Assembly: GCA_004524535.1 (NCBI GenBank)
Contig: SDNY01000005.1
Location: forward strand, 1-58,566
Origin: Promethearchaeota archaeon
GTDB taxonomy: Archaea > Asgardarchaeota > Lokiarchaeia > Sigyniarchaeales > SOKP01
Direction: 5' to 3'
Length of the DNA stretch: 58,566 nt
The stretch's first letter is position 1. Every line of letters begins with the position of its first letter. Shown here one piece after another: positions 10,565-20,375 of the stretch. The notes below the pieces were generated by a model, which did no database searches, was not told where the DNA came from, and was given only the letters and a program-made list of their open reading frames with translations. A program made the translations under genes and the position numbers.

Positions 10565-10882
10565 ATCAAAGACGAAGACATTTGTCCAATATGTAGTTTT
10601 CCAAAAGAATTATGTATCTGTGATGGCTTAAGTGCAGACGAACAACAAATAATCATCTCTAATGATAAACGCAAATGGGGTCGTGTTGTTACTGTTATTA
10701 CGTTTCAAGGAAATTTTGATGCTAATTTAAAGGATATATTAACAAAAGCTAAGAAAAAATGTGCTTCTGGTGGTACAGTTAGAGGGAATGAACTAGAATT
10801 GCAAGGAGATCATCGTTTTAAAATAAAAAAATTTTTAATTGACTTAGGATTCTCTGAAGAAAATATCTTGATTCAAGAATAA
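10565..10882 (+). CDS. sui1: translation initiation factor aIF1/SUI1 (absent from the ORF track; probable ATC start)
   Basis: Translates as ICPICSFPKELCIC...KRKWGRVVTVI...KKKCASGGTVRGNELELQGDHR; in-frame TGA at 10553 and no ATG/GTG/TTG before the zinc knuckle. Confidence 0.92.
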   Translation: MKDEDICPICSFPKELCICDGLSADEQQIIISNDKRKWGRVVTVITFQGNFDANLKDILTKAKKKCASGGTVRGNELELQGDHRFKIKKFLIDLGFSEENILIQE

Positions 10883-11003
10883 TAAGGAAAATTGGAAAAT
10901 CTATAAGCTAATTTATTGATAATTATTTTAAATCCTAAAATAATGTCATTAGATTTAGAGAATTAATTAATAATAAATATATCAAGTTATATAATCGAAT
11001 TCT

Positions 11004-11435
11004 ATGAGTTTAACAGTTTATAAAGTAATTTTTAAAGGTAGTAATGAAATCAAGGAAAAAAATCTAACTTTAACTTTCAAAAGTGTATTCTATGAAGACC
11101 CCATAAAAATTCCTGCTAAATATATATTAGGTTTAAAAAAATTAAGTGAAATAAACAAAAATATAGTTATTATTAAAAATATTGATGAAGTCACTCAATT
11201 TGGCAAAGATATTTCCTTAATTTCTTATAATTATTATTTTATCCTCCTTTTTCAATTAAAAAATAAAAAAACAGGATTTTTAATAGGAAATATGAAAAAG
11301 ATGGGAAATATTCTTATTGGAATTTGGCCCTTTAATAGGGAACAAACTCAGATTTCTAAAGAAAAGATATATGAAAAACTAGACAATATAATAAACAAGG
11401 CTCATGAATATAGTAAGATTTGTTTAATTAATTAA
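11004..11435 (+). CDS. hypothetical protein
   Basis: 143-aa ORF filling the gap, stop abuts the convergent gene. Confidence 0.6.
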   Translation: MSLTVYKVIFKGSNEIKEKNLTLTFKSVFYEDPIKIPAKYILGLKKLSEINKNIVIIKNIDEVTQFGKDISLISYNYYFILLFQLKNKKTGFLIGNMKKMGNILIGIWPFNREQTQISKEKIYEKLDNIINKAHEYSKICLIN

Positions 11436-11436
11436 C

Positions 11437-12372
11437 TTAAAAAAGAGGATCATTATTATCTTTTAGAAATTGGATTAAATCTTTTTCATTTGGCATTCCA
11501 GTTCTAGCACCTAATTTCTGAATTTTTAATGATGCTGCGGCATTAGCATATCTACAAGATTTCTCTAAATCCCACCCCTTAGTCCAGTAACCTATCGAAA
11601 AAGCACCATTAAAAGTATCACCTGCTCCAGTTGTATCAACGATTTTTTCAACTTTATAAGTTGATATTAACTTTTGAAACTTTTTAGTGGTTATTAAAGC
11701 TCCTTGACTTCCCATCGTTATTATTACTAACGGAATTCCTTTATTAATTAATATTTTAGCAGCCTGTTCAGGAGTTTTACTATTTGTAATCGATTTGGCA
11801 CCCTCTTTATTTGGAATTAATATATCTGCCTTTAAAAGGATGCTTTTTAAATTATTCCATCCTTTCTGAGCAATTTGTGATTCCAAATCAATACTAACTT
11901 TCACATCATTTTCATTTGCGATATCTATCGCTTTTTTTGTTACATCTGGATGAATAACTGTAGTATGTAGTAATTTTGAATTTGCAATGTATTCTAAATT
12001 CAAATCATCAATTTCAATCTTAGTAGTTTTCATATGAGGTGATTGTATTATAGTCTTCTCCCCTTTTGCCACAAATATAAAATTTACAGGGGTTTTCTTT
12101 CCTTTCTTTTTAAAAGTTAAACTTGTGTCAACATTTTCTTCTTCAAAATCTTTAATTAAGAAATCTCCATAAGAATCGTCACCGACAGCTCCAATAAAAC
12201 CACAAGAGCCTCCTAAACGACCAATAGCAACTAAATAATTTGCAGTAACACCACCTGGAAAATAATTTTCACTTAATGCATCAATCTTCTCGTCTGGCTT
12301 AGGAAAATGTGGAATTTCAGCAACCCAATCTACAACTACCTCTCCTAACCCTACAATATCTATTTTTTGCAT
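11437..12372 (-). CDS. PfkB/ribokinase-family carbohydrate kinase
   Basis: PGGVTAN, GAVGDDSYG, PNKEG, VDTTGAGDTFNGAF. Confidence 0.95.
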   Translation of the reverse strand: MQKIDIVGLGEVVVDWVAEIPHFPKPDEKIDALSENYFPGGVTANYLVAIGRLGGSCGFIGAVGDDSYGDFLIKDFEEENVDTSLTFKKKGKKTPVNFIFVAKGEKTIIQSPHMKTTKIEIDDLNLEYIANSKLLHTTVIHPDVTKKAIDIANENDVKVSIDLESQIAQKGWNNLKSILLKADILIPNKEGAKSITNSKTPEQAAKILINKGIPLVIITMGSQGALITTKKFQKLISTYKVEKIVDTTGAGDTFNGAFSIGYWTKGWDLEKSCRYANAAASLKIQKLGARTGMPNEKDLIQFLKDNNDPLF

Positions 12373-12451
12373 AAGATAAAACCAAACATTTTACTAACTA
12401 GAACTATATAAGATGTCTTTATATTAAAAACTAGGTTATAAATTAAAAAAA

Positions 12452-14182
12452 TTAGGTTTCTATTTCTTTCATAACTCTGTCTAGTTCTTCATTAATATTT
12501 AAACCCTTAAAATCATACACTGACATTTCATATGAATTTGAAAAATCACTAAATTTAGCTCGCCCTCTTATTATAATATCTTTTCCTAAATACTCATTGG
12601 ATTTATTTTTCAAAAACTTCTCAAAATCCGGTGTTTCTTTAAGTTTTTTTATAAGTTCTGTCTCTTCTCCTAAAAATTTTTCACCAACATTCCGTCCAAA
12701 GACTGCTTTTATTGTTGAACTCCCATCGTCAATAAAGATGTTAAATATTAATCGGCTCTCAATATCCCCTCTCGTATCACAAATGCAATTGTCAACTTTT
12801 CTGTTGCAGTTAGAACAAGCTTCGTAAACAATGATATTATTAATTTCTTTAGCAATATAACCTTTTATCTCAAATATTCCAGCAGAGTTTATTGAATCTA
12901 TTTTTGTATAATTTCCTATAAAATTAGAGGCCCTTTCTTTCTTCTGTGGTTCGATATCTTTTAATTTATCTATTTTTATATCTACGATTTCAATACTTGA
13001 ATCATTTATGAATGAAATTTCATTCCTGCCTGAAAAATTGCTATATTTAACCATGACATTTTTCAACAAAATACCCATGCCTACTTTCAGAGTTTCTGAA
13101 AACTCCTCTGCTTTTTCATTCCAAAGAGTACCTCTTATACCATCTGAATCGTCACTCACTACAAATCCTAATAAAGACGCCTCATCTCCTGATTTTAACG
13201 ATACTTTCCTTAGGTTATCAACTGAAGAAATTATACCTTGTAACGAGACAATACCCGTTGATTTTTGAAGACTTTCAATTTTCTCAACTAAATCACTTTT
13301 GATTTGTAACTTTTTATCTTTTTTAGTAATAGCAGTATAATTATTTGCATGTAATTGAATTGTCTTAGAATCAAGAGTGCTTAATCTAGGATTTAAGTTT
13401 GTTAATGAAATAAAATTATCAACTTCAAAATCCATTGCTTTTTCTGTGTCCTCATTCCAAAATGTTATTCGTATAGAAGATCCTGAAGAATCCAATAATA
13501 TTAACGATTTTACTTTTCCTGGAGATCCATCTTTTCTCGTAAACTCCTTAGTTGGATAAACCTGAAGAACACTCCCCTCTATAGAAACGGATTTCATATT
13601 TAAATTAATATTTTTAATAGGTATTATTTTGCTTTTTATTTTAGAATAATTTCTATAATCTATATCCTCTGGAGATAAAATAATCTTCCCCAGTCTGCCG
13701 ATGTGTATTTCTGGTTCACCTGTTCTTCCTTTTTTAGCATATCCATTTATGATTTTTACTAATTCATTTATATCAAAATTACTGTCATTGAATATCTTAA
13801 CATGCTCATCCCATAACGTTATTCGTATATCTCCTGTTTTATCATGTAATAAAAAAGACCCTACGGTACCTTTTCCTCCTTCTTTCCTTTCAAAACTGCT
13901 AACTCTGTAAATCTCTTTTATTCTTCCTACAAGAGTGATATTTTTCATATTTTCGGTTATATCTGAAATATTTATCTCAATATCTTTTAATAATTCTTTA
14001 TTCTCATCCTTGACATCCACACCTAACTCTTTTGCTATTATAAATAAAGCCCCCTCTTCAGAAATTAATCCCTTTAATTCAACCTTCTTTTCTTCTACTA
14101 AATCTTTAATCTCTTTTCTTGTTAAACCCGTTTCTTCAAAAATCTTATTGATATAGGCCTCAATTGTCATTTTTTTCGTCAA
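12452..14182 (-). CDS. rpa1: replication protein A large subunit (multiple OB folds, Zn finger)
   Basis: GLISEEGALFIIAKELGV; repeated D-x-T/SG-x-I-x-x-T-L/F-W OB folds; C-terminal CSNC...CIC. Confidence 0.9.
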   Translation of the reverse strand: MTKKMTIEAYINKIFEETGLTRKEIKDLVEEKKVELKGLISEEGALFIIAKELGVDVKDENKELLKDIEINISDITENMKNITLVGRIKEIYRVSSFERKEGGKGTVGSFLLHDKTGDIRITLWDEHVKIFNDSNFDINELVKIINGYAKKGRTGEPEIHIGRLGKIILSPEDIDYRNYSKIKSKIIPIKNINLNMKSVSIEGSVLQVYPTKEFTRKDGSPGKVKSLILLDSSGSSIRITFWNEDTEKAMDFEVDNFISLTNLNPRLSTLDSKTIQLHANNYTAITKKDKKLQIKSDLVEKIESLQKSTGIVSLQGIISSVDNLRKVSLKSGDEASLLGFVVSDDSDGIRGTLWNEKAEEFSETLKVGMGILLKNVMVKYSNFSGRNEISFINDSSIEIVDIKIDKLKDIEPQKKERASNFIGNYTKIDSINSAGIFEIKGYIAKEINNIIVYEACSNCNRKVDNCICDTRGDIESRLIFNIFIDDGSSTIKAVFGRNVGEKFLGEETELIKKLKETPDFEKFLKNKSNEYLGKDIIIRGRAKFSDFSNSYEMSVYDFKGLNINEELDRVMKEIET

Positions 14183-14417
14183 TAAATTTATTTTAATTAT
14201 GATATTTTAAGAGTAATTTAGAAATTATAACTTAAAAATCAAATTGTTATATGTTAATTAAATTATATTCCTTTTAAAAAAAAAGAGTATTAACGATTTC
14301 TTATTTATATTTTCAAAAACAAATAAACTTACCATGCATTAGCAATTTTAATTTCATAATATTAAAATTTGTTAATTTTAATCAATCATCTATAACAAAA
14401 ATTTTTAATTTAAAATA

Positions 14418-15155
14418 ATGTCAAGTTTTAGAATCATACCAGTAATAGATATATTGGATTCTAAGGCAGTTCATGCAATAAAAGGTGAGAGAGCTAAATA
14501 TAAACCCTTAGAATCTAAATTAATAAATTCATCAGATCCAATAGAAATCATAAAACTTCTCAAACAAAAATTTAATTTCAGGGAATTTTATATAGCGGAC
14601 TTAGATGCAATTATTAAATATAGTCCCAATTTAGAAATATTATCTAAAATTTTAAAAATTCCAGAAATAGAAGTAATACTTGATCCAGGAATTAAAGATA
14701 AAGAAGATCTTTTAAAATATTCGAAATATAATATAAAAAAAATAATTTTAGGCTTGGAAACTATTAATGACTACAATATAATTAACGAAGGATTGAGAAT
14801 TTTAGGAAAATACAACTTAATTATAAGTTTAGATATGTTTAAAGGAAAAGTAATTTCAAAAATAAAAGATCTTAGAAATCAGAACCCACTAAATGTTGTA
14901 AATAAATTAAAGAGATTTGGCGTAAAAGAACTAATCCTTCTTGATTTATTTAGAGTTGGACAAAAAATAGGAGGAATCCCACAAGTCTATCTAAAAATTC
15001 TTAAAAATTTTAAAGGAGCTGTTTTAGTTGGAGGGGGAATTAAAGATTTAATGGATCTGACAAGTTATTATAACAATAAATTCTCTGGAGTTTTAATTGC
15101 TACTGCATTATATGATGGATCGATAAAATTCAATAAATTAAAAGGTATTAAATAA
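14418..15155 (+). CDS. HisA/HisF-related TIM-barrel protein (C1-cofactor biosynthesis type)
   Basis: IIPVIDI...VHAIKGERAKYKP, YIADLDAI, LDLFRVG, GGGI, ATALYDG. Confidence 0.8.
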   Translation: MSSFRIIPVIDILDSKAVHAIKGERAKYKPLESKLINSSDPIEIIKLLKQKFNFREFYIADLDAIIKYSPNLEILSKILKIPEIEVILDPGIKDKEDLLKYSKYNIKKIILGLETINDYNIINEGLRILGKYNLIISLDMFKGKVISKIKDLRNQNPLNVVNKLKRFGVKELILLDLFRVGQKIGGIPQVYLKILKNFKGAVLVGGGIKDLMDLTSYYNNKFSGVLIATALYDGSIKFNKLKGIK

Positions 15156-15156
15156 T

Positions 15157-15687
15157 TTAACCGATACTAATTGCCCCAGTAGACGATATATATAAAGATT
15201 TATTACAAATTGGACATGAATGCTTCATATTAATCCAATCTATTAAATGGTCACGATGTGCTTTTGCTTGACAAATGGGACACCCAGTTATATCATCAAA
15301 AATTTCTATATCTCTCGAACACACTGCGCACTTAGCCGTTGATACAGTAGATACAGCAATAATTTCTTTTTTAGTATCTAATATTACTGATCCTGTATTC
15401 TCGGCAGTTGGATTAATTTGTTTTAACTCAGATCCTGTATCTACACAAAATAAAGTCCCTTCAGTGCCATCTTTTTTATTTCCAATCCATACAATTTTTC
15501 CTCTAAAATAAGGCGATCCCGTTTTTTGTAGAATCAGAGTTAATCTTCTATTTTCCATAACATATGTTTGTATTACTTTGGTATATTTCAAACCATCTAT
15601 TTTTTCTGTCAGTTCTTTTATAACTTCTGAAGGGTCTTTAAAAACTGCTTCTGTAATAGGAAATTTTGTAATCTCTTTAGGTGACAT
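15157..15687 (-). CDS. protein with C-terminal RING-like zinc finger (putative E3 ligase)
   Basis: CAVC-x12-CPIC-x4-HRDHLIDW-x6-CPIC. Confidence 0.7.
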   Translation of the reverse strand: MSPKEITKFPITEAVFKDPSEVIKELTEKIDGLKYTKVIQTYVMENRRLTLILQKTGSPYFRGKIVWIGNKKDGTEGTLFCVDTGSELKQINPTAENTGSVILDTKKEIIAVSTVSTAKCAVCSRDIEIFDDITGCPICQAKAHRDHLIDWINMKHSCPICNKSLYISSTGAISIG

Positions 15688-15816
15688 TATAATATCATAA
15701 TAAACTAAATGCTATATATATTTTTTTTATAATCTAAATTTTTTTTAAATTATGCTGTTGTTTCTAATTTCAGCTAAATAAATTTTTTAATCTCTTTATA
15801 TTAATTATGATTAGAT

Positions 15817-16548
15817 ATGCGCAATAAAATTAAACTATTGATAAGTCCAAAAAGCATAGAAGAAGCAAAGGTAGTAGTCGATTCCAAGATAGATTATATC
15901 GATTGTAAAAATCCTAATGAGGGATCACTAGGGGCAAATTTTCCATGGATTATTAAACGTATGAAAGAATTAATCCCTTCAAATAGCACTCAACTTTTAA
16001 GTGCTGCTATTGGAGATTTTCCTAATTTACCAGGTTCTGCATCATTAGCAGCTTTAGGAGCGGCAGTTTCAGGGGCCGATATAATAAAGGTGGGTTTAAA
16101 AGGTCCTAAAAATGAAGATCAAGGTATTAAATTAATGAAAAATGTCGTTAAAACCGTTAAAGGTTTTAATAAAGAAATAAAAGTTGTAGCAGCAGGATAT
16201 GCAGATCGCTCAAGAAAAAATATTTCACTAAAATATTTAGAGATTCCAACAATTGCAGCAGAATCTGGTTCTGATATTGCGATGCTTGATACATATATCA
16301 AAGATGGTAAGGGGTTATTTGATTTTTTAAGCGTGGAAGAATTAATTAAATTTAAAGAAAAAGCAAAAAAATTAGATCTTAGAGTTGCCTTGGCAGGAAG
16401 GATATTGATAAAAGATATACTAAAACTTAGACAAATATCTCCAGACATAATTGGTGTTAGAAGCCTTGTTTGCGAGGATTTTGATAGAAATAATGGAATG
16501 ATTAAAAAAGACCTTATAGAAAAATTGAAAACAGAATTATATAAATAA
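15817..16548 (+). CDS. mfnB: (5-formylfuran-3-yl)methyl phosphate synthase (methanofuran pathway)
   Basis: LLISPKSIEEA, DCKNPNEGSLGANFPW, SAAIGD, AMLDTYIKDG, DIIGVR. Confidence 0.93.
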   Translation: MRNKIKLLISPKSIEEAKVVVDSKIDYIDCKNPNEGSLGANFPWIIKRMKELIPSNSTQLLSAAIGDFPNLPGSASLAALGAAVSGADIIKVGLKGPKNEDQGIKLMKNVVKTVKGFNKEIKVVAAGYADRSRKNISLKYLEIPTIAAESGSDIAMLDTYIKDGKGLFDFLSVEELIKFKEKAKKLDLRVALAGRILIKDILKLRQISPDIIGVRSLVCEDFDRNNGMIKKDLIEKLKTELYK

Positions 16549-16559
16549 AGAATTTTAAG

Positions 16560-17069
16560 ATGAACTCGCATAAAATTGAAATTAAAATTGCCGGAAAAGA
16601 AGATTTTATCGAATTGAAATTATGTGCTATGGAATTTTTAGATTTTATTAAAGATTTTAAAAAAAAATTTTTTGATAAGAAATTTTTTATTTTAACAGCT
16701 TATTATGATTCCATTCTGGCAGGTATTTTAGTGGCTGAAGATGAAAGTAAAAAAATTGATTCAATAGAAAAAATAGTGCCGATTATGTTCTTGCGTTTGC
16801 TATTTGTAAATCCTAAATTTAGGCATAAAAACATTGGAAAATCGTTGTTGGACAATTTTATAATTATTCTAAAAAAAAAAGGAATTGCTTCCATATATGT
16901 AAAATTACCTCAAAAATATAAAAAAGGTGTTGAATTTTATCAAAAAAATAACTTTCATCAAGTAGATAAAAATCAAAATCGTATAATTTTAGAATTAAAC
17001 CTTTGGAACGATCTTGGTATAAGAGATTGCCAAATTATTGGAGACAATTTTGATAATATGCTTAGTTAG
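16560..17069 (+). CDS. GNAT-family N-acetyltransferase
   Basis: LFVNPKFRHKNIGKSLL motif A; FYQKNNF. Confidence 0.8.
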   Translation: MNSHKIEIKIAGKEDFIELKLCAMEFLDFIKDFKKKFFDKKFFILTAYYDSILAGILVAEDESKKIDSIEKIVPIMFLRLLFVNPKFRHKNIGKSLLDNFIIILKKKGIASIYVKLPQKYKKGVEFYQKNNFHQVDKNQNRIILELNLWNDLGIRDCQIIGDNFDNMLS

Positions 17070-17147
17070 ATCCAGGCAAAAACCTTACTAATTATTAAAA
17101 ATAATAGAATTTAATCTATTCTATCATCTATATAAAAGGATGATAAG

Positions 17148-17957
17148 CTATTTCATAGATTTTGACTTCAATGTTGCTGATTCAATAGCTTTCATAAGTG
17201 TTGCTCTAATTTTACCTTTTTCTAACTCATGCAAAGCAGTAATAGTTGTGCCTCCAGGAGAAGTTACCATATCTTTCAATTCTCCAGGATGTTTCTTTGT
17301 CTCTAAAAGCATTTTTGCTGAACCTAAAACGGTTTGAGACGCAAGTTTTAAAGCCACATCTCTAGGTAAGCCCATTTTAACACCCCCATCTGCCAAAGCC
17401 TCAATAATGATAAAAATATATGCTGGACCGCTTCCAGATAATCCTGTTACTGCGTCAATAAGTTTTTCTTCTAATTCTACTACTAATCCTACCGAACTTA
17501 ATAACTTTTTCACGAATTCTAACTCTTCAGTACTTACATTATCATTTGGGGCTAATGCAGAAGCACCTTCACCTACTAACGCAGGTGTATTAGGCATAAC
17601 TCGAATTATTCCGAGATTTTTTTTAATATAATTTTTTATATAAGCAATAGAAATTCCAGCAGCTATAGAAATAATTGTTTTATCTTCTGTTATTACAGCT
17701 CCAATTTCTTTTAAAACTCCTTCTATTACTTGAGGTTTAACTGCGATTAATATATATTTCGAATTTTTTACTAAATCTTCATTACTTCTTGCTTTTTCTA
17801 TATTAAATTCTTTTATACTATTTTGTAGGATTCCTTCATTAATATCATAAATAATGATTTGTTCGGGTTTTAAGATTTGTGAGCTTAGTATGCCACTTAA
17901 AAGAGCATTACCCATATTACCTACACCGATAATCCCAAGCGTTCTTAAATCACTCAT
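17148..17957 (-). CDS. proC: pyrroline-5-carboxylate reductase
   Basis: GVGNMG, AVKPQ, RVMPNTP, GLSGSGPAY, VTSPGGTT. Confidence 0.97.
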   Translation of the reverse strand: MSDLRTLGIIGVGNMGNALLSGILSSQILKPEQIIIYDINEGILQNSIKEFNIEKARSNEDLVKNSKYILIAVKPQVIEGVLKEIGAVITEDKTIISIAAGISIAYIKNYIKKNLGIIRVMPNTPALVGEGASALAPNDNVSTEELEFVKKLLSSVGLVVELEEKLIDAVTGLSGSGPAYIFIIIEALADGGVKMGLPRDVALKLASQTVLGSAKMLLETKKHPGELKDMVTSPGGTTITALHELEKGKIRATLMKAIESATLKSKSMK

Positions 17958-18038
17958 CTAATATAATCATCCAACTTTTCTTATTTTTCTTAATATGTAT
18001 AAAACCATTGCTTTTAATTAAAATTAACTAGAATTAAA

Positions 18039-19001
18039 TTACTTAATTTTTAGAATTCTTGGATAATTATTATTTATTGATAAATTATATATCCTTATAT
18101 CGGGTTTAAAAGCTTCAAACACTTCAATTATGTTCTTTTCTTCTTCTTTATTTCCAATAGCATAGATAGAACGCCCTAATTGATTCATACTCGCCCCAGT
18201 AATATTCAACTTATTTAAATTCTCCATCAATTCTTTCGATTTTTCTAATCTGAGGATATTAAGGATATTCGTATTTTCCACAAATTCGATTGATGCTTTT
18301 ATAAATGTTTTCATATTAGGATTTTGAATTAATTTTTTTAAAGCTACTTGACCAGCTTCTTTAATCTTTGAATTTAAAATTGGATCTGATAAAATTGATT
18401 TAGTGTGAATCATTCCAAAAGAACCACATATAATTATTATGTCTGAAGGTACATTTATACGTTCAACTACGCACGGGTATCCGGGTTCCTTTAACATGCA
18501 TAAACCTCTGCCTAACAGCCCACATACGGTACCCAATCCAGTTTTATTTACAACTTCCGCTATATGGGCAATTTTCCCCCTTTCTCTATAAGACAAATTT
18601 AAATCTAATAAATAATTTAATCCAAATATTGTTCCTAAGGCCCCAGAACCACTAGCTCCATATCCACATCCTACTGGCAAATCAAAAGTATGATTTATCT
18701 TTACTTTAATTGGATTTTTAAGGTACTTTTTAATATAAGTAATTATGTAATATGTAGTTTCTGCCTGCTGGTCAAGTCTTTTACCATTTATATAAATTTC
18801 AATTTTAAAATCTTCTCTCTTCTCAAGTTTTTTAATCTTAATTTCTGTTTTACTTACGGCACTGAGACAAAATCCACCACCTCGAGAACCGATATTTTCC
18901 GGATTTTCTATTTTAATTCCGTTGATTTCATCAACAATCTCAAAAAACCCCGATATTCTATGCGGTACTTCAACTATAACTTTTTTATTTCTTTTAGACA
19001 T
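18039..19001 (-). CDS. pantoate kinase (GHMP family)
   Basis: PHRISGFF, GSRGGG, LPVGCGYGASG, AHIAEV..KTGLG, SMNQLG. Confidence 0.88.
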   Translation of the reverse strand: MSKRNKKVIVEVPHRISGFFEIVDEINGIKIENPENIGSRGGGFCLSAVSKTEIKIKKLEKREDFKIEIYINGKRLDQQAETTYYIITYIKKYLKNPIKVKINHTFDLPVGCGYGASGSGALGTIFGLNYLLDLNLSYRERGKIAHIAEVVNKTGLGTVCGLLGRGLCMLKEPGYPCVVERINVPSDIIIICGSFGMIHTKSILSDPILNSKIKEAGQVALKKLIQNPNMKTFIKASIEFVENTNILNILRLEKSKELMENLNKLNITGASMNQLGRSIYAIGNKEEEKNIIEVFEAFKPDIRIYNLSINNNYPRILKIK

Positions 19002-19069
19002 AGATTTTAAGTAACTTAATTTATCTAATCAACTATATTTAATACAATAAAGAATAAATTGAAAAGATT

Positions 19070-19774
19070 ATGTATGTTGTTATAAAAATTGGTGGATCAT
19101 TATTATTTAATAAGGATAAAAAATTAGATTCGAAAAAAATTGCTGAATTTTGTAAAATTATACAAAGTAGACCAAATTTTGAAAAAATCGTTATTGTCTG
19201 TGGGGGTGGAATCGTCTCAAGAGAATATATAAATGCAGTTAGATCATTTAAAGGAAATGAAGCTTTGTGTGATCTTTTTGGAATAGAAATTTCTCGAATA
19301 AATTCAAAATTAATTATTGCTGCATTACAGGATATTGCATATCCTCAAGTTCCAAAATCAATTGAAGAACTTTCTACAGCAATACTCATCAAAAAAATTG
19401 TTGTGATGGGTGGTTTACAACCTGGACAATCAACCACTTCAGTTGCATTTGAAGTTGCTGAATTCATTAATGCTGAAGAGTTAGTTGTTCTCACTGATGT
19501 TGATGGTATCTATGATAAAGATCCAAAAAGATTTAATGATGCCAAATTATTAAAAAGTTTAAATTATTCTGAACTCCAAGAAATTATTTTAAACTCGACT
19601 GGAGATAAACAAGCTGCCGCAGGAGAATATCGTATTTTTGACGCAGTCTCATTACAGATTTTAAAGCGTAGTAAAATTAATGTAATCTTTATGTCTGGAA
19701 AAAATTTGGATGAGTTTAAGAAATTATGGAATGGTGAAAAAAACATAGTTGGAACGAAAATTTCGCCTAATTAA
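19070..19774 (+). CDS. pyrH: uridylate kinase
   Basis: VIKIGGS, CGGG, MGGLQPGQST, TDVDGIYDKDP. Confidence 0.95.
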   Translation: MYVVIKIGGSLLFNKDKKLDSKKIAEFCKIIQSRPNFEKIVIVCGGGIVSREYINAVRSFKGNEALCDLFGIEISRINSKLIIAALQDIAYPQVPKSIEELSTAILIKKIVVMGGLQPGQSTTSVAFEVAEFINAEELVVLTDVDGIYDKDPKRFNDAKLLKSLNYSELQEIILNSTGDKQAAAGEYRIFDAVSLQILKRSKINVIFMSGKNLDEFKKLWNGEKNIVGTKISPN

Positions 19775-19852
19775 GATATAACAAATTATTTTAATCTTAA
19801 TTATTTAACTATCTTAAATTTAAATCGTTATTATAATAAATTAAATAAAAAA

Positions 19853-20083
19853 ATGTCTCAAAAATCTTCTTGGAAAGACCAAATTAAACAAAAATGGGGT
19901 CCACACGCTCATTGTACTATATGTGGTAAAGCAATTCCCCCTGATAAGAAATTTTGTGCTCAAAACTGTAGAGATAAATATCTTGGCTACGAGATGAAAC
20001 AGAAGAAAAAAGGAAGAATACAATTGGTCTTCTTGGTGGGGCTTATGTTGTTTATGTTTCTTATGATGTTTATCATGTTTTAA
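19853..20083 (+). CDS. DUF2116-like Zn-ribbon membrane protein
   Basis: PHAHCTICGKAIPPDKKFCAQNC plus C-terminal TM helix. Confidence 0.85.
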   Translation: MSQKSSWKDQIKQKWGPHAHCTICGKAIPPDKKFCAQNCRDKYLGYEMKQKKKGRIQLVFLVGLMLFMFLMMFIMF

Positions 20084-20185
20084 AAAAAAAATCTAAATGC
20101 TCTCCCTCTAACTATTTTAAAATGTGATAAATAAAATAATTTTTATTTTTTGTAGCACTAAATTATTTAAAGATCTTTAAAAGCA

Positions 20186-20352
20186 GCAGGGATAACCAAG
20201 CCTGGTCAACGGTGCTGGACACTTTTGTGGTCATTTCAATCACACAAGCTAGACTCAAGATCTAAAAAAATACAATTTCCGTTGATTCATGCAATCTCTG
20301 ATGAGATATCCAGTGAGATAGCTCTTCGTGGGTTCGAATCCCACTCCCTGCA
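20186..20352 (+). tRNA. tRNA-Leu(CAA) with two introns (20221-20254 at 32/33, 20260-20307 at 37/38)
   Basis: GCAGGGA/TCCCTGC-A; BHBs CTGG-AC|A...CTAG-AC|T and CTCA-AG|A...TGAG-AT|A. Confidence 0.92.
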
Positions 20353-20375
20353 TTAATTTTTAAATTATTAAGATT

